DNA from: an uncultured Clostridia bacterium
GTDB taxonomy: Bacteria; Bacillota; Clostridia; TANB77; CAG-508
Assembly (NCBI GenBank): GCA_934177555.1
Contig: CAKPPL010000001.1
Span: 1-41,882, forward strand
Direction: 5' to 3'
DNA length: 41,882 nt
Both the position numbers and the translations under genes were made by a program. Of the stretch, positions 27,656 through 38,567 are shown in pieces. Each line of letters begins with the position of its first letter. Positions within the stretch are counted from its first letter, which is position 1. The notes under the pieces are model-generated. The model ran no database searches and was not told where the DNA came from. It saw only the letters and a program-made list of their open reading frames with translations.

Positions 27656-28459
27656 CTATTTATCTTGAATTTTAAAGATTGTTTTTGCATTATTATAAGT
27701 TATATTTGCAATATCTTCTAAGCTCATATTTTTAAATTCTGAAATCTTTTGTGCTATATATTTTACATTTCTTGAGTCATTTCTTTTTCCTCTATTTGGT
27801 TCTGGACTTAAATATGGGCTATCTGTTTCAATTAATATTCTATCTAGTGGTACTAATTTTACAACTTCTTCAGCATTTTTGGAATTTTTAAATGTTATAG
27901 GTCCTGCAAAAGATATATAATATCCTAACTCTAATGCATTTTTTACAAGTTCTTGATTTAATTGGCAACAGTGAAAAATACCTTGATTTTTAACTTTGTT
28001 CTCACTTATAATTTTTATTGTATCAATAGATGCATCTCTTGAATGAATTACTATTGGCAAGTCCAATTTATTAGCTAATTCTATTTGCTTAATAAATGCC
28101 TTTTGTTGTATTTCTTTATTTTCTTTATTCCAATAATAATCTAATCCTATTTCTCCTATTGCTACAACTTTATTTTTATTTTCCACCATTTGCTCAATTT
28201 CTTCTATATTTTTCCACAATTCTTCTTCAGATTGTGGAATATCATTTGGAGAAATTCCACATATTGAATAAATAAATTCATATTTTTCTGATAATTCTAT
28301 TGCCTTTTTTGAAGATTGTATATCATACCCTGCAACTATAAATTTAGTTACTCCACTTTTATATGTATCTTTTATTAATTCTTCTCTATCTTCATCAAAT
28401 TTCTCATCATTATAATGGGCATGTGAATCAAAAAATTGCATTTTAATTTTTCCTTCCAT
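27656..28459 (-). CDS. tatD: TatD-family metal-dependent DNase/hydrolase
   Basis: FDSHAHY, GEIGLDYYW, VIHSRDA, GIFHCC and ETDSPYL motifs. An alternative start is the ATG at 28441. Confidence 0.85.
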   Translation of the reverse strand: MEGKIKMQFFDSHAHYNDEKFDEDREELIKDTYKSGVTKFIVAGYDIQSSKKAIELSEKYEFIYSICGISPNDIPQSEEELWKNIEEIEQMVENKNKVVAIGEIGLDYYWNKENKEIQQKAFIKQIELANKLDLPIVIHSRDASIDTIKIISENKVKNQGIFHCCQLNQELVKNALELGYYISFAGPITFKNSKNAEEVVKLVPLDRILIETDSPYLSPEPNRGKRNDSRNVKYIAQKISEFKNMSLEDIANITYNNAKTIFKIQDK

Positions 28460-28460
28460 A

Positions 28461-28850
28461 TTATTCTTTAAACATTATTACTGTATTTGCTACTGCATAG
28501 TCTTTGCAATGTGATATACTTATATCTATGTTTTCAATATTTTGACTTTTTTCTTGTGGTAAAACTACATAAGGTCTTCCGTTCTTATCATTTAGAATTT
28601 CGATTTCTTGCCATGATACTTCAAATTTATCTTTTAATCCTGCTGATATGGCTTTAAATACTGCTTCTTTTGCTGCAAATCTTGCTGCATAATGTTGGTA
28701 TTTTTGGCTCTTTTTGCTTTCACAATATTCTCTTTCTTTTTCAGTATATACTCTCTCGCAAAATTTACCATTTGTTTCTTCTATACTCTTTTTTACTCTA
28801 TCTATTTCTATAATATCTACTCCTGTTTGCATTCTCATTCGTCTCCTCAT
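28461..28850 (-). CDS. acpS: Holo-[acyl-carrier-protein] synthase
   Basis: GVDIIEIDRV, AARFAAKEAVFKA and ISISHCKDYAVA motifs. The true start may be one of the internal Met codons (MQTGVDIIE). Confidence 0.85.
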   Translation of the reverse strand: MRRRMRMQTGVDIIEIDRVKKSIEETNGKFCERVYTEKEREYCESKKSQKYQHYAARFAAKEAVFKAISAGLKDKFEVSWQEIEILNDKNGRPYVVLPQEKSQNIENIDISISHCKDYAVANTVIMFKE

Positions 28851-28907
28851 TCCTTATTTTATGCATTAATTTAACCATTAGAATTATCATCTAATGGTAA
28901 ATCTTTT

Positions 28908-30134
28908 TTATAAAATTAATAATATATTACAAGTATTTATTATTAATGTGATAATTAATATTATTGTTATTATTGTATTCATTTTTGTATTTTTTTCTAT
29001 ATTTAATTCTTTATATAAAATATCATATTTATTTTTTGTATCAAAATACATATTATCCAATTCTAATACATCTCTTAAATATTGAAAATACAATGAACCT
29101 GTATCTTCTGATGTAACTTCATTTATCCATATATTTTGTGTAAATTTTATAAATTCTTTTCTTGTACTTTTTATTTTTGTTCCTTGCTTGAATTCAAGAT
29201 TTATTTTTTTCAAGTAAATCTTGATATACATTGCTAATATATATGTATATAAATATTGTTTTTGAAATTGCTCAGCTAATATTGTATAATTATTCAAATC
29301 TGCACTAGAAGAAAACAGTGTAACTCCTTGTTTTGTAACACCTAATTTTGCATATTTCCACTCAGAAATTGTCTTCATATTTTCTTTTGAATAATTTACA
29401 CTATTATCACTTGGCAATATATTTAAAAACTTTATATAACTCTCTCTTATTTTTTCGAATTCATTGTTGTTATTCCAGCTTTCTTGATCTATACATACAT
29501 ATGAATATGTTAAAAATCTTTCTGTATCTATATCTAACTTCATGGATTCAACATTTGTCCCTGTTAAACTTTGTATAAATTCTTTAAAATATTTTACATC
29601 ACTAAAACAATCTGATTGAACTCTTATATTGTCATAATTGTTTAAGTTTGGAAATTCTTGATTTATATCTCTAAATTTATAATTAAAATTTAATAAATCT
29701 GTAAATTTCTCACTATCTTCTATATTTGTTTTTATACATAGAAAACATATTCCTGTATTAAAACATATTATTTCTATTTTTGGAATTTTAAAAAATATTC
29801 CATTTTTTTCTTCTGTTTTTCCTTGGATATCTTTTTTCATTCTATATTCAAACATAGTACATCCATTTTTAGCTAAAATTGCTGCTTTTGTTTCTAATGG
29901 TAGTTCTTCTAGTTTTGCTAATTTACTTCTTGTTAAATTAAAACTGTTAAACATATAATTTCTTATTCTATGAGAAAAGTAATTATATAAATCTAAATCT
30001 TTGTCTTTTTTGAACATTCTAAGTTTACAGTTTTTATCTTTTAATAATCTTAATAAATATTTTGTGTATTTACTTTCTTTTACTACATAAGGATATATAA
30101 AATATGTATATTGGTATTTTGTCTTTAGCTCCAT
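28908..30134 (-). CDS. Hypothetical protein with a C-terminal TM anchor
   Basis: 408-aa ORF with a C-terminal hydrophobic helix (NTIITIILIITLIINTCNILLIL). No motif recognised. Confidence 0.5.
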   Translation of the reverse strand: MELKTKYQYTYFIYPYVVKESKYTKYLLRLLKDKNCKLRMFKKDKDLDLYNYFSHRIRNYMFNSFNLTRSKLAKLEELPLETKAAILAKNGCTMFEYRMKKDIQGKTEEKNGIFFKIPKIEIICFNTGICFLCIKTNIEDSEKFTDLLNFNYKFRDINQEFPNLNNYDNIRVQSDCFSDVKYFKEFIQSLTGTNVESMKLDIDTERFLTYSYVCIDQESWNNNNEFEKIRESYIKFLNILPSDNSVNYSKENMKTISEWKYAKLGVTKQGVTLFSSSADLNNYTILAEQFQKQYLYTYILAMYIKIYLKKINLEFKQGTKIKSTRKEFIKFTQNIWINEVTSEDTGSLYFQYLRDVLELDNMYFDTKNKYDILYKELNIEKNTKMNTIITIILIITLIINTCNILLIL

Positions 30135-30186
30135 ATATTATTACTTCCTTTCCTACAACAATTCTATTGTTTTGGATTTCTTTTGT

Positions 30187-31695
30187 TTATTTTTCACAAT
30201 AATAGTTCATGTTTATATCTTCTCCTAAATGCCATTTTCCTATAAAGTCTATTTTTAAATTATTTTGTAAATCATATTTTGGTTCTGCCACTACTTTTCC
30301 TTCACTATCTAGAGAACCCCATTTACCATCTTTTTTTACAGAAACAAATCCATATTCATTTTGCTCTGTAGCATCATCATATATATAGTCAACTATTACA
30401 TTTCCTTTTTTGTCTACATACCCGTATTTACCATCTTTTTTACTTAAAAATATTGTATTTTCTTCTAATATTTCTGTATTTGATTTTTCTTCACATTTAA
30501 AATCATAATATTTATATTCATCTGCTATTCTCATTCTGATATATGATTTATCTGTATTTATTTCTGATAATATTCCTGTTACTTTTTTATTAAAGTCTGT
30601 ATCTATTAAAGTTGTATTATATTCTTCATCTTCTGCTATAAATAAATTTGCTTTTTCATTATATGTTATACCAGTATAAGTAAATTCTACTTTTTCTTCT
30701 CCATCACTATTTATTATTCCATATTTATCATTTTGTTTCGCTATATATATTCCTTCTTTTGCTTCTTTTAGCATCTGATATTTGGCTTCTATTAAATTTT
30801 CTCCTGATATGTTCATTTCTCCATATAAATCATTTTGTATGTATATTATTCCTCTCTCTGTTCCTGATGCTATATTGTCAAATCCATTTTCTAAAACAAC
30901 TTCTTCAGATGAATTAATTAATTTTAATTTGCCTTCTTCTTTTATTAAATAGTAATTTGGTATATATACTTGTTCTATTTCTTCATATTTATTTTCTAAC
31001 AATTGTTTTTTTGTAGTACTTACTAAACCATATCTATTCTGCTCATCTATTGTTATATATCCATCTTTATAAGTTTCACCTAAGTTGATTATTTCTTTAT
31101 ATTCTGGTTCTATTATGATATTTCCTTTATTATTTATTAGTCCTAATTTTTCATCTTTTTCTATTATGATACTATTTTCAATGTTTTTCATTGGTTGGAT
31201 TTTAGTATATTCACATGGTAATATTTGTTTTCCATTTAAGTCTATTAACCCATATTTTCCATCTTTTTCTACTCTTAATACATTTTCTTCATACCAAATA
31301 TTTTCGTTTTTATCTACATTTTCTAATGCTTCTATTTTATTATATTCTGTAAAAATTTCTTCATTTTTGCTGTTTAATACTTTTGTGCTATACTCTCCAG
31401 TTTCTTCATTTATATTATATGTACATATAAATACATCTTTAGTTTTATCTGGTACTACTATCATTTCTTGATATGATGGTTGTATTACAATTTCTCCTTC
31501 TTGATTTATTACTCCCCATTTGTTTGCTGAGTATAATGTGAAGTATTCATATTTTTTGTTTATTTCTTTTCTCTCTTGTAATACATTTTTGATAATGAAT
31601 ATGAACATTATTACTACTAGAATTGCTATTATTACTGCAAATACTTTTTGATAGTTTAATTTTTCTTCTGTTTCATATCTTTTACCTCTACTCAT
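30187..31695 (-). CDS. WG (KWG)-repeat protein with an N-terminal membrane anchor
   Basis: Many DGKYG(L/Y)I(D/N)..G..I.(P/E).Y repeats. The ATG at 31695 lies 5 nt after GGAGG (the ORF opens at 31707). Confidence 0.7.
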   Translation of the reverse strand: MSRGKRYETEEKLNYQKVFAVIIAILVVIMFIFIIKNVLQERKEINKKYEYFTLYSANKWGVINQEGEIVIQPSYQEMIVVPDKTKDVFICTYNINEETGEYSTKVLNSKNEEIFTEYNKIEALENVDKNENIWYEENVLRVEKDGKYGLIDLNGKQILPCEYTKIQPMKNIENSIIIEKDEKLGLINNKGNIIIEPEYKEIINLGETYKDGYITIDEQNRYGLVSTTKKQLLENKYEEIEQVYIPNYYLIKEEGKLKLINSSEEVVLENGFDNIASGTERGIIYIQNDLYGEMNISGENLIEAKYQMLKEAKEGIYIAKQNDKYGIINSDGEEKVEFTYTGITYNEKANLFIAEDEEYNTTLIDTDFNKKVTGILSEINTDKSYIRMRIADEYKYYDFKCEEKSNTEILEENTIFLSKKDGKYGYVDKKGNVIVDYIYDDATEQNEYGFVSVKKDGKWGSLDSEGKVVAEPKYDLQNNLKIDFIGKWHLGEDINMNYYCEK

Positions 31696-31727
31696 TATAA
31701 CCTCCATATTTTTTCATGTACAGTATA

Positions 31728-34130
31728 TCATATTTTTAAAATTTTGCAAACAATAATACTCATATCATCTTTAGCTATTCCATAGTTATTGTCTATTGCT
31801 TCATTTATTATAATATCTGCTATCTTTTGACAGTTTTCTGTATTAATATCTTCTAACATATATTTTATCCATAGCTCTTTATTTTTGTATTCTATATTTG
31901 AATCTAATATTCCATCACTACACATTACTAATATGTCTTGATTTTCTATGTCTTTATCATATGTTGTTAAATTGATTTCTTTTAATATACCTGCTGGTAA
32001 ACTAAGTGATTTTACTATTTGTACTTTTTTCTTGTTTTTTACATAAGTAGGACATGAACCATTTTTTATAAATTCAACCTTTCCATTATACAAATCTATA
32101 ATCATAATGTCAAGTGTTGCGAAAATTTCTTCATTTGTATTCATAATTGTTGTATTTATTAAATCTATTGAAGTATCTTTGTCAAACCCTGTCATTAGCA
32201 ATCTTTCTAACATTTTTATTGCTATTTGACTGCTTTTTCTAGCTTCTGGGCCTGAACCCATTCCATCACTTAATGCAATTAAATATTTTCCATCATTTAA
32301 TCTTATTTGTAATAAACTATCTCCTGATATAGGACTATCATTTTTTAACTTTGTTGCTTGTCCTATTTGTAATATATATTTATCTGCTGATAAATAGCTA
32401 AATACTCTTTTTCCTTGCTTATTTAATTTTTTAGTTTTGGCTTCATTTTCTATCATTTTTTCATTAAGTGTTTTTTCTAATACCTTCTGTATTTTTCCTA
32501 CATCTGTATTTTCACTTATTTTGCTTTCTTCTTTTATATATACATCTATAAAATATCTATTTTCTTTTTTGTCTATTTCAATATCTTCTACAAGTATTCC
32601 TTTTATTTCAAGTGCTGATATTATTTTTTTCTTTTCATTTATATGTTTATTGCCTTCTTTTATTTCTTCTTCCATTTTCACAGCTATATTTGATATTGCT
32701 TTAGATACTCCATCTAGTTGAGCTTGTACATTTTTTTTGCTTGATTTTATCTTTTCTTCCCATATAAAATCATTTTTACTAGTTTTATATGCATAGTTTA
32801 CTGCTTTTACAATTTGTTCTATATCTTCTTTTATTTTTTTGCCTAATTTTTCGTCATCATATTCTATTATATAATTATTAAATTTTGCAAATGTATTTAA
32901 TAAATCTTGTTTATCTATTTCTTGCTTGTCTAATAATATATTTAATAATTCATTATTTATTGGATTTTCTGGTTTTGCCATATCTTCATATAACATATTT
33001 TCTTCTAATCCATCCAAATTATTTAATAATTCTGTTTCAAATTTTTGTCTATTTTGTATTAATGTTTTCTCTTCAGTTTTTTCTTTATATGTATCTGCCA
33101 TATCTTTTATTGTTTCAGATACCATATTTAATTTATTAATTGTTTCTTTGCTTTGATTTAATCCTCTTACTTCATAATCTGGAAATAATTCTTTTTTATT
33201 GTTTAGTTCTTCTACATCTATTCCTGCCCATTTTGGTATTGCTAATAGCCCTAATGATGCTATTAACGCTTCTTTTACTAATATTATATTTTCCATATCT
33301 CCTTTTGTCATATATATTAGTATTCCATTACCTACTAAAAATCCTGCTATTACTCCTATTTTTCCAAATTTATTTAATATACCTGCTATCATTCCTGATA
33401 ATGCATATATTGCAATTACTATTGGTTCATTTTGAGCTATTATTCCAAGTGTTACTCCTATTGTTACTCCAGATGTTGCTCCAACTAATATTCCATTTCT
33501 CCAACCAAGTACTAATACTATTAAAATGCTTAATATATTTTTTATTGATAATCCAAATATGCTTATATTTCCTAAACTTGCTATTGCTATTGATAATAAT
33601 AGACTTGCTCCCATTACCTCTTCTATTGAAAATGCTCTTCTTTCAGTTATTTCTTGTAATACTATTATTGAGTTTACAAATATTTTATAAAATACTACTG
33701 AGAATAATGCTAATGTTATATGTAATATTAAATCACCTATTGTGAATTTTGTTAATATTAATTTTGCTATCATTACTAACATTATGCTTGCAAATATATG
33801 TCCAGCTATTTTTATTTGTTCATTTTGATATTCATCATTCTCTCTTGGAGGTTTTACACATAGTAAAATTAATAACATTAGAATTATTAATATATAATTT
33901 AATACTCCTACTGTTCCTACTCCTACTATATTTCCAAGTAGTCCTGCTATTACTACTCCTATTGCAGGCACTCCACCTGCTAAACTTGCTCCAACTATTG
34001 CTATACTAAATGGTGAAACTTCTTGTCCCATTCCTATTGTTGATATCATAAATGATATAATATATATTATTATATTTTTTATATCTATTAAATTTTTTAG
34101 TATTTCTTTTTTTGTACTATTTTTTAACAT
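31728..34130 (-). CDS. spoIIE: Stage II sporulation protein E (PP2C phosphatase with a polytopic N-terminal domain)
   Basis: About 10 N-terminal TM helices. C-terminal PP2C motifs ISGDS.., LSDGMGSGPEA and MCSDGILD...DDMSIIVCKI. The ATG at 34130 follows GAGGTGG. Confidence 0.85.
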   Translation of the reverse strand: MLKNSTKKEILKNLIDIKNIIIYIISFMISTIGMGQEVSPFSIAIVGASLAGGVPAIGVVIAGLLGNIVGVGTVGVLNYILIILMLLILLCVKPPRENDEYQNEQIKIAGHIFASIMLVMIAKLILTKFTIGDLILHITLALFSVVFYKIFVNSIIVLQEITERRAFSIEEVMGASLLLSIAIASLGNISIFGLSIKNILSILIVLVLGWRNGILVGATSGVTIGVTLGIIAQNEPIVIAIYALSGMIAGILNKFGKIGVIAGFLVGNGILIYMTKGDMENIILVKEALIASLGLLAIPKWAGIDVEELNNKKELFPDYEVRGLNQSKETINKLNMVSETIKDMADTYKEKTEEKTLIQNRQKFETELLNNLDGLEENMLYEDMAKPENPINNELLNILLDKQEIDKQDLLNTFAKFNNYIIEYDDEKLGKKIKEDIEQIVKAVNYAYKTSKNDFIWEEKIKSSKKNVQAQLDGVSKAISNIAVKMEEEIKEGNKHINEKKKIISALEIKGILVEDIEIDKKENRYFIDVYIKEESKISENTDVGKIQKVLEKTLNEKMIENEAKTKKLNKQGKRVFSYLSADKYILQIGQATKLKNDSPISGDSLLQIRLNDGKYLIALSDGMGSGPEARKSSQIAIKMLERLLMTGFDKDTSIDLINTTIMNTNEEIFATLDIMIIDLYNGKVEFIKNGSCPTYVKNKKKVQIVKSLSLPAGILKEINLTTYDKDIENQDILVMCSDGILDSNIEYKNKELWIKYMLEDINTENCQKIADIIINEAIDNNYGIAKDDMSIIVCKILKI

Positions 34131-34416
34131 CCTTACCACCTCATACTTTTTTATAATTATGTACTATTGTAATCCTTTTGTTTTATCTTTTTTGTCTTTT
34201 TTTGTATTCTATTATAAAAAAGTTTTTTACATTTTGTGATATTTATTTTTTATTTTATTATTATTTGTCAAAGTTTGAAAGTTTTTAAAATATATTCAAA
34301 TTATAGCATATGGTTTTGATTTTTTCAATAAAAATTATACTATTCATGCAATTATCTTTAGGTTGTTCATATAATAATATTAGTACATAAATATTTTATA
34401 AGAAAGGATGTTAAAA

Positions 34417-34860
34417 ATGTCTGATAAAATGGATGATTTATTTGCTAATGTAAAGAAAATGGTTGATAGTGGAAATATACCTGATGATATAAAACAAATG
34501 ATGAATAATCTTCAAAATTCTAATAATTCTAACACAAATACAAATAATTCTAATGATGTAAATGTGCAAGAAATGCTTAATAATTTTTCAAATATGATGA
34601 ATAATAATCAAAACAACAATAATAGTTCAACAAATGAGAATTCTAATAATTTTAATATTGATATGAATACTATAATGAAGATGCAAAAAATTATGGGGCA
34701 AATGAATAATAAAAATGATCCTCGCGCAAATTTGCTTTATTCTCTAAAGCCTTATTTAAGAGATAGCAAAAAAGGTAAATTAGATCAATATGTAAATTTA
34801 CTTAATGTTTCTAAAATTGCTGATTTAATGAATAATAAGGATAACAATAAAAATGAATAG
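34417..34860 (+). CDS. Asn-rich hypothetical protein with a conserved-looking C-terminal segment
   Basis: The ATG at 34417 lies 8 nt after AAAGGA. Central poly-N/S/T low complexity, with a C-terminal RANLLYSLKPYLRDSKKGKLDQYVNLL segment. Confidence 0.5.
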   Translation: MSDKMDDLFANVKKMVDSGNIPDDIKQMMNNLQNSNNSNTNTNNSNDVNVQEMLNNFSNMMNNNQNNNNSSTNENSNNFNIDMNTIMKMQKIMGQMNNKNDPRANLLYSLKPYLRDSKKGKLDQYVNLLNVSKIADLMNNKDNNKNE

Positions 34861-35155
34861 ATTTCAAAATTATCGATTTCCATATCAATATTATAATCCC
34901 TATTATAGAAATAATATGTATCAAAAATATAATCCATATAGACCTGAATCAGTTGAACCTAAGCCAACTATTGAAGAAAAAGTTGAAGAGTCAAGATCTT
35001 CAAAACCAAAAGATGATAATTTTTTATTTGACTTATTTGGCATAAAATTATATTTTGATGATGTTTTAATTCTTAGCCTTTTATTTTTTCTTTATAAAGA
35101 AGAAGTAAAAGATGAAGGTCTTTTTCTTGCATTAGTAATGTTATTAATAAGCTAA
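34853..35155 (+). CDS. Small Tyr/Asn/Pro-rich protein with a C-terminal TM helix
   Basis: Overlaps the upstream stop (ATGAATAG). Hydrophobic C-terminus LILSLLFFLY...LFLALVMLLIS. Confidence 0.45.
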   Translation: MNRFQNYRFPYQYYNPYYRNNMYQKYNPYRPESVEPKPTIEEKVEESRSSKPKDDNFLFDLFGIKLYFDDVLILSLLFFLYKEEVKDEGLFLALVMLLIS

Positions 35156-35192
35156 ATAAAGCAAATGTATTTATCTTACATTTGCTTTATTT
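35156..35192. terminator. Bidirectional rho-independent terminator
   Basis: aaagcaaatgta - 7-nt loop - tacatttgcttt, followed by a T-run. Confidence 0.75.
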
Positions 35193-35801
35193 TTATTCTA
35201 TAATTATTTGATCTTCTTCAACATATATATATGCATTTTTATAAATTTCTTCATCATCTTTGTCAATTTCTTTTACTATATTAGATATTCTTAATTGAAC
35301 TGCATCTAGAGCACTTGCACTTATTATTGCTTCTTTATTTCCCTTAGCTCCGGCATGTGCAAGACCTCTAAGTGTTCCTACTACAATTATATTATCACAT
35401 GCAATAACTTCTGCTCCAGCATTAACATCTCCTATTATTACAATACTTCCTTCTACTTCCATTTTTTGTCCTGAACGTAATGAACCTCTATGAAATGTTG
35501 TTTCTGATGTTGTAATATTTTTCTTATAACTTTTTGTTATGCTGTGTAGCCCTAAGGTTGTAGGTGTGTCAAAATTGACATCTACATTTATTTTCTTTTT
35601 TATAAGTTCTCTTATTTCTTCTATTTCTTTATTTTTTAATATTTTTCCTGTTACTCTTATTGGTGTTTGTTCATTTTTATATAATTTTTTTAATTCTGTT
35701 ATTTTCTTTTCAAGATTTTCTATTATTGCATCTTGAGTTGCATTATCATTTATTTTTACAAGTATTTCATCTTTTTTCAAATTTATACTAACACAGTTCA
35801 T
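35193..35801 (-). CDS. minC: Septum site-determining protein MinC
   Basis: C-terminal beta-helix motif GSIVIIGDVNAGAEVIACDNIIVVGTLRGLAHAGAKGN. The ATG at 35801 lies 7 nt after AGGAAGGA (the ORF opens at 35819). Confidence 0.8.
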   Translation of the reverse strand: MNCVSINLKKDEILVKINDNATQDAIIENLEKKITELKKLYKNEQTPIRVTGKILKNKEIEEIRELIKKKINVDVNFDTPTTLGLHSITKSYKKNITTSETTFHRGSLRSGQKMEVEGSIVIIGDVNAGAEVIACDNIIVVGTLRGLAHAGAKGNKEAIISASALDAVQLRISNIVKEIDKDDEEIYKNAYIYVEEDQIIIE

Positions 35802-35822
35802 ATTTACATCCTTCCTCATCTT

Positions 35823-37976
35823 TTACCTTATACTTTCAGTATATGGCTCTGCTTTTACAGATTCATTTACTTCTGATGTTTCATTTCTGCCAAAATATTG
35901 TGTAAGAATGTCTCTTGCTACTTCTGCTGCATAATTACCATGTCCACCATTTTCTATCATTACAACTACTGCAACTTCTGGATTTTCAAATGGTGCAAAA
36001 CATACAAACCATGCATTTACTTTATCATTTCCATTGCTATCTTTTCCTGCTTCTGCTGAACCTGTTTTTCCTGCAATTTCTACCCCAAAGTTTTTGAATA
36101 CATTATATGCTGTTCCTCCTGCTTCTTCTGTTGCAAGCCTCATTCCCTCTTTGGCTATATTTATATTTTCTTGATTTATTTGTATTCCATCATCTGATGT
36201 ATCTGTTCCTAAAATCTCGTTAGTATATTTTCTTATTTCTTCTTTTGATACTTCTGTTCCATCTGAATTTAATATTGATTTTATAATTGTTGGATTTACT
36301 ACTGTTCCACCATTTGCTATTGATGAAATATATTTAGCTATTTGCATTGGTGTATAACTATTGTCTCCTTGTCCTATTGCTGATATTACTGTGTCTCCAG
36401 GATACCAAGAACCTCTATTTAATTTTGCCTTAGTTTCTTTTGATGCAACTGTTCCAGCTGATTCACTTGGTAATTCTATTCCTGTTTTTTTACCTAGTCC
36501 AAAATGTAATGCATATTTAGATAAATTATCTATTCCCATTCTTAATGCTGTTTCATAAAAGAAATAATTACATGAATGTTGTAATGCTTGTGTTACATTT
36601 AAGTATCCATGTCCTCTATGATAACTTGTATAATACCAACATTTATAAGAATCATTATTAATTTTATATACTCCTATATCATTTATTTTTTCTTTTGAAG
36701 TTATTGCTCCTGTTTCAAGACCAGCTATTGCTGTTACCATTTTAAATATTGAACCTGGTTCATATGTAGATTGAGTTGTTTTATTTAATAAAGGTTTTGC
36801 TGAATTATTGATTAATTCATTCCATTTATCTGATGAAATTCCACCAACAAACCATTCTGGTTCAAATGTAGGATTACTTGCTGTTGCTAATACTTCTCCT
36901 GTATTAACATTCATTACTACTGCTGCACCTGCTTGTGCATCATATGTTTGTGAAAATCCACCATTTCTTATTTTATTGATGCAATTTTCTAATGCTGTTT
37001 CTGTGGTTTTCTGTAAATCTGAGTCTATTGTTAACATTACATTACTTCCTGCTACTGCTTCATTTGTAACATATTCTCCTGTTATTGTTCCATCAACAGA
37101 CATCTCTACTTGCTTTTCTCCATCTTTTCCTTTTAAATATTTTTCAAATACATATTCTATACCTGTTCTTCCAATTATATCATCACTTTTATATGTATCT
37201 TTTTTTGCTTTATACTCATCTTCGTTTATTTTTCCTGTATATCCTATTACATGTGATGCTAAAGTTCCAGCTAAATATGTTCTTACTGCTTTTGTTTTTA
37301 TATTTATTCCAGGAAATTCTGCATTTCTTTCACTTATTTGTGCAACTACTTCATTATTTACATCTGAAGCAATTTCTATTGCTTTTGTTGCACTATATCC
37401 TGTTGTTGTTATCTTATATCTTATTGATATTATTTTTCTTACTTCTTCTATATTATCATTTGAAATTTCATATTTACTTTTAAATTTGTTTATTGCATCT
37501 TCTGCACTTGCATTTTCTTCTAGTTTATATTTTGCTTTCCAATTTGCAAGTTCTTTATCTTTTATTGTATATTCATATGGATTTATTTTAACAGGAAATG
37601 TGTCTGTAAATGATATCTGATATTTTTCTAACAAATTTACTAATTGAAGAATACAATTATTTAATTCTTCATTTGATATATTTGTTTTATATAATTCTAT
37701 ACTATATTGTGTTCTCACTCCTGCAAGTTCATTTCCTGACCTATCTAAAATTGACCCTCTTGCAGATTCTATTGATGTTACTCTTGATAATCTTGTATTT
37801 GATTGTTCCCTATAACTTTCTCCATTTACTATTTGTAAATTAAATAGTTGCATTATTAATATTATTCCAATTATATATACCAAAATTGTTATTATATTAA
37901 ATCTAAAGTTGCTTTGTTCTGTTCCAAGCTCTTTTTCCCATGCTGTGTCTTTATCAAAACTTATTCTATTCTTCAA
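35823..37976 (-). CDS. mrdA: Penicillin-binding protein 2 (elongasome class B transpeptidase)
   Basis: N-terminal TM helix. Motifs SxxK (GSIFKMVTA), SxN (HSCNYFF) and KTG (GKTGSAE). TTG start with AAGGTGA RBS. Confidence 0.85.
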   Translation of the reverse strand: MKNRISFDKDTAWEKELGTEQSNFRFNIITILVYIIGIILIMQLFNLQIVNGESYREQSNTRLSRVTSIESARGSILDRSGNELAGVRTQYSIELYKTNISNEELNNCILQLVNLLEKYQISFTDTFPVKINPYEYTIKDKELANWKAKYKLEENASAEDAINKFKSKYEISNDNIEEVRKIISIRYKITTTGYSATKAIEIASDVNNEVVAQISERNAEFPGINIKTKAVRTYLAGTLASHVIGYTGKINEDEYKAKKDTYKSDDIIGRTGIEYVFEKYLKGKDGEKQVEMSVDGTITGEYVTNEAVAGSNVMLTIDSDLQKTTETALENCINKIRNGGFSQTYDAQAGAAVVMNVNTGEVLATASNPTFEPEWFVGGISSDKWNELINNSAKPLLNKTTQSTYEPGSIFKMVTAIAGLETGAITSKEKINDIGVYKINNDSYKCWYYTSYHRGHGYLNVTQALQHSCNYFFYETALRMGIDNLSKYALHFGLGKKTGIELPSESAGTVASKETKAKLNRGSWYPGDTVISAIGQGDNSYTPMQIAKYISSIANGGTVVNPTIIKSILNSDGTEVSKEEIRKYTNEILGTDTSDDGIQINQENINIAKEGMRLATEEAGGTAYNVFKNFGVEIAGKTGSAEAGKDSNGNDKVNAWFVCFAPFENPEVAVVVMIENGGHGNYAAEVARDILTQYFGRNETSEVNESVKAEPYTESIR

Positions 37977-37990
37977 TTTTTCACCTTCTT

Positions 37991-38524
37991 TTAAAAATAT
38001 CTTGTTAAAATTTTATCCCCTTTTATTTCATTTTCTATTTCATATCCAGTGAATTTCATTAATGGATATAATATAATTGTCAATATTATATTATATAATA
38101 CCTCTATTGAGAGTATTTTTATGAATTCTAATATTTCTGTATTAATTCCTATTGTTAAATATCTTAATATATATAATATCACTTCATATAATATTGTAAC
38201 TATTACTGACATTACTATTACTGTTATTCTGCTATCTTTAGAAAAATTTTTATCAAATAAGCCTCCTATAATACCTACTATTGCTAAACATACAGATGTT
38301 ATTCCAAAATTCGTTCCAATCCATATGTCTAATAATATTCCTCCAATTATTCCATATATTATCCCCATGCAACTTCCCATATACAGTCCTATATATAGCA
38401 TAAAAATTATGAATAAATTAGGTTTTATTCCTGCTATTAACATATTGTTAAATAAGTTGGTTTGTAAGAAGTATGTAATTATAAATGTTATTATTAAAGA
38501 TATGTGTATTATCAATTTTTTCAT
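37991..38524 (-). CDS. mreD: Rod shape-determining protein MreD
   Basis: Polytopic ~177-aa membrane protein located between mreC and pbp2. Confidence 0.75.
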   Translation of the reverse strand: MKKLIIHISLIITFIITYFLQTNLFNNMLIAGIKPNLFIIFMLYIGLYMGSCMGIIYGIIGGILLDIWIGTNFGITSVCLAIVGIIGGLFDKNFSKDSRITVIVMSVIVTILYEVILYILRYLTIGINTEILEFIKILSIEVLYNIILTIILYPLMKFTGYEIENEIKGDKILTRYF

Positions 38525-38567
38525 TTTTCTTTTTCCTTTCTAAAATCACATATCCTGTTTTTATAGG

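Noticed and set aside
33140-33745. Long plus-strand ORFs inside minus-strand genes, for example 3728-4015, 5356-5778, 5846-6100, 6758-7054, 33140-33745, 36808-37620, 37085-37483, 38049-38543, 39886-40527 and 40654-41058
   Set aside because: They are Leu/Phe/Ile/Ser-rich low-complexity translations lying antisense to well-supported genes. They lack RBSs. These are the shadow ORFs expected in AT-rich DNA.
34417-34860. Poly-Asn tract as a prion-like or functional low-complexity domain
   Set aside because: Asn/Lys/Ile enrichment is the default outcome of extreme AT bias. Only the C-terminal segment looks constrained.
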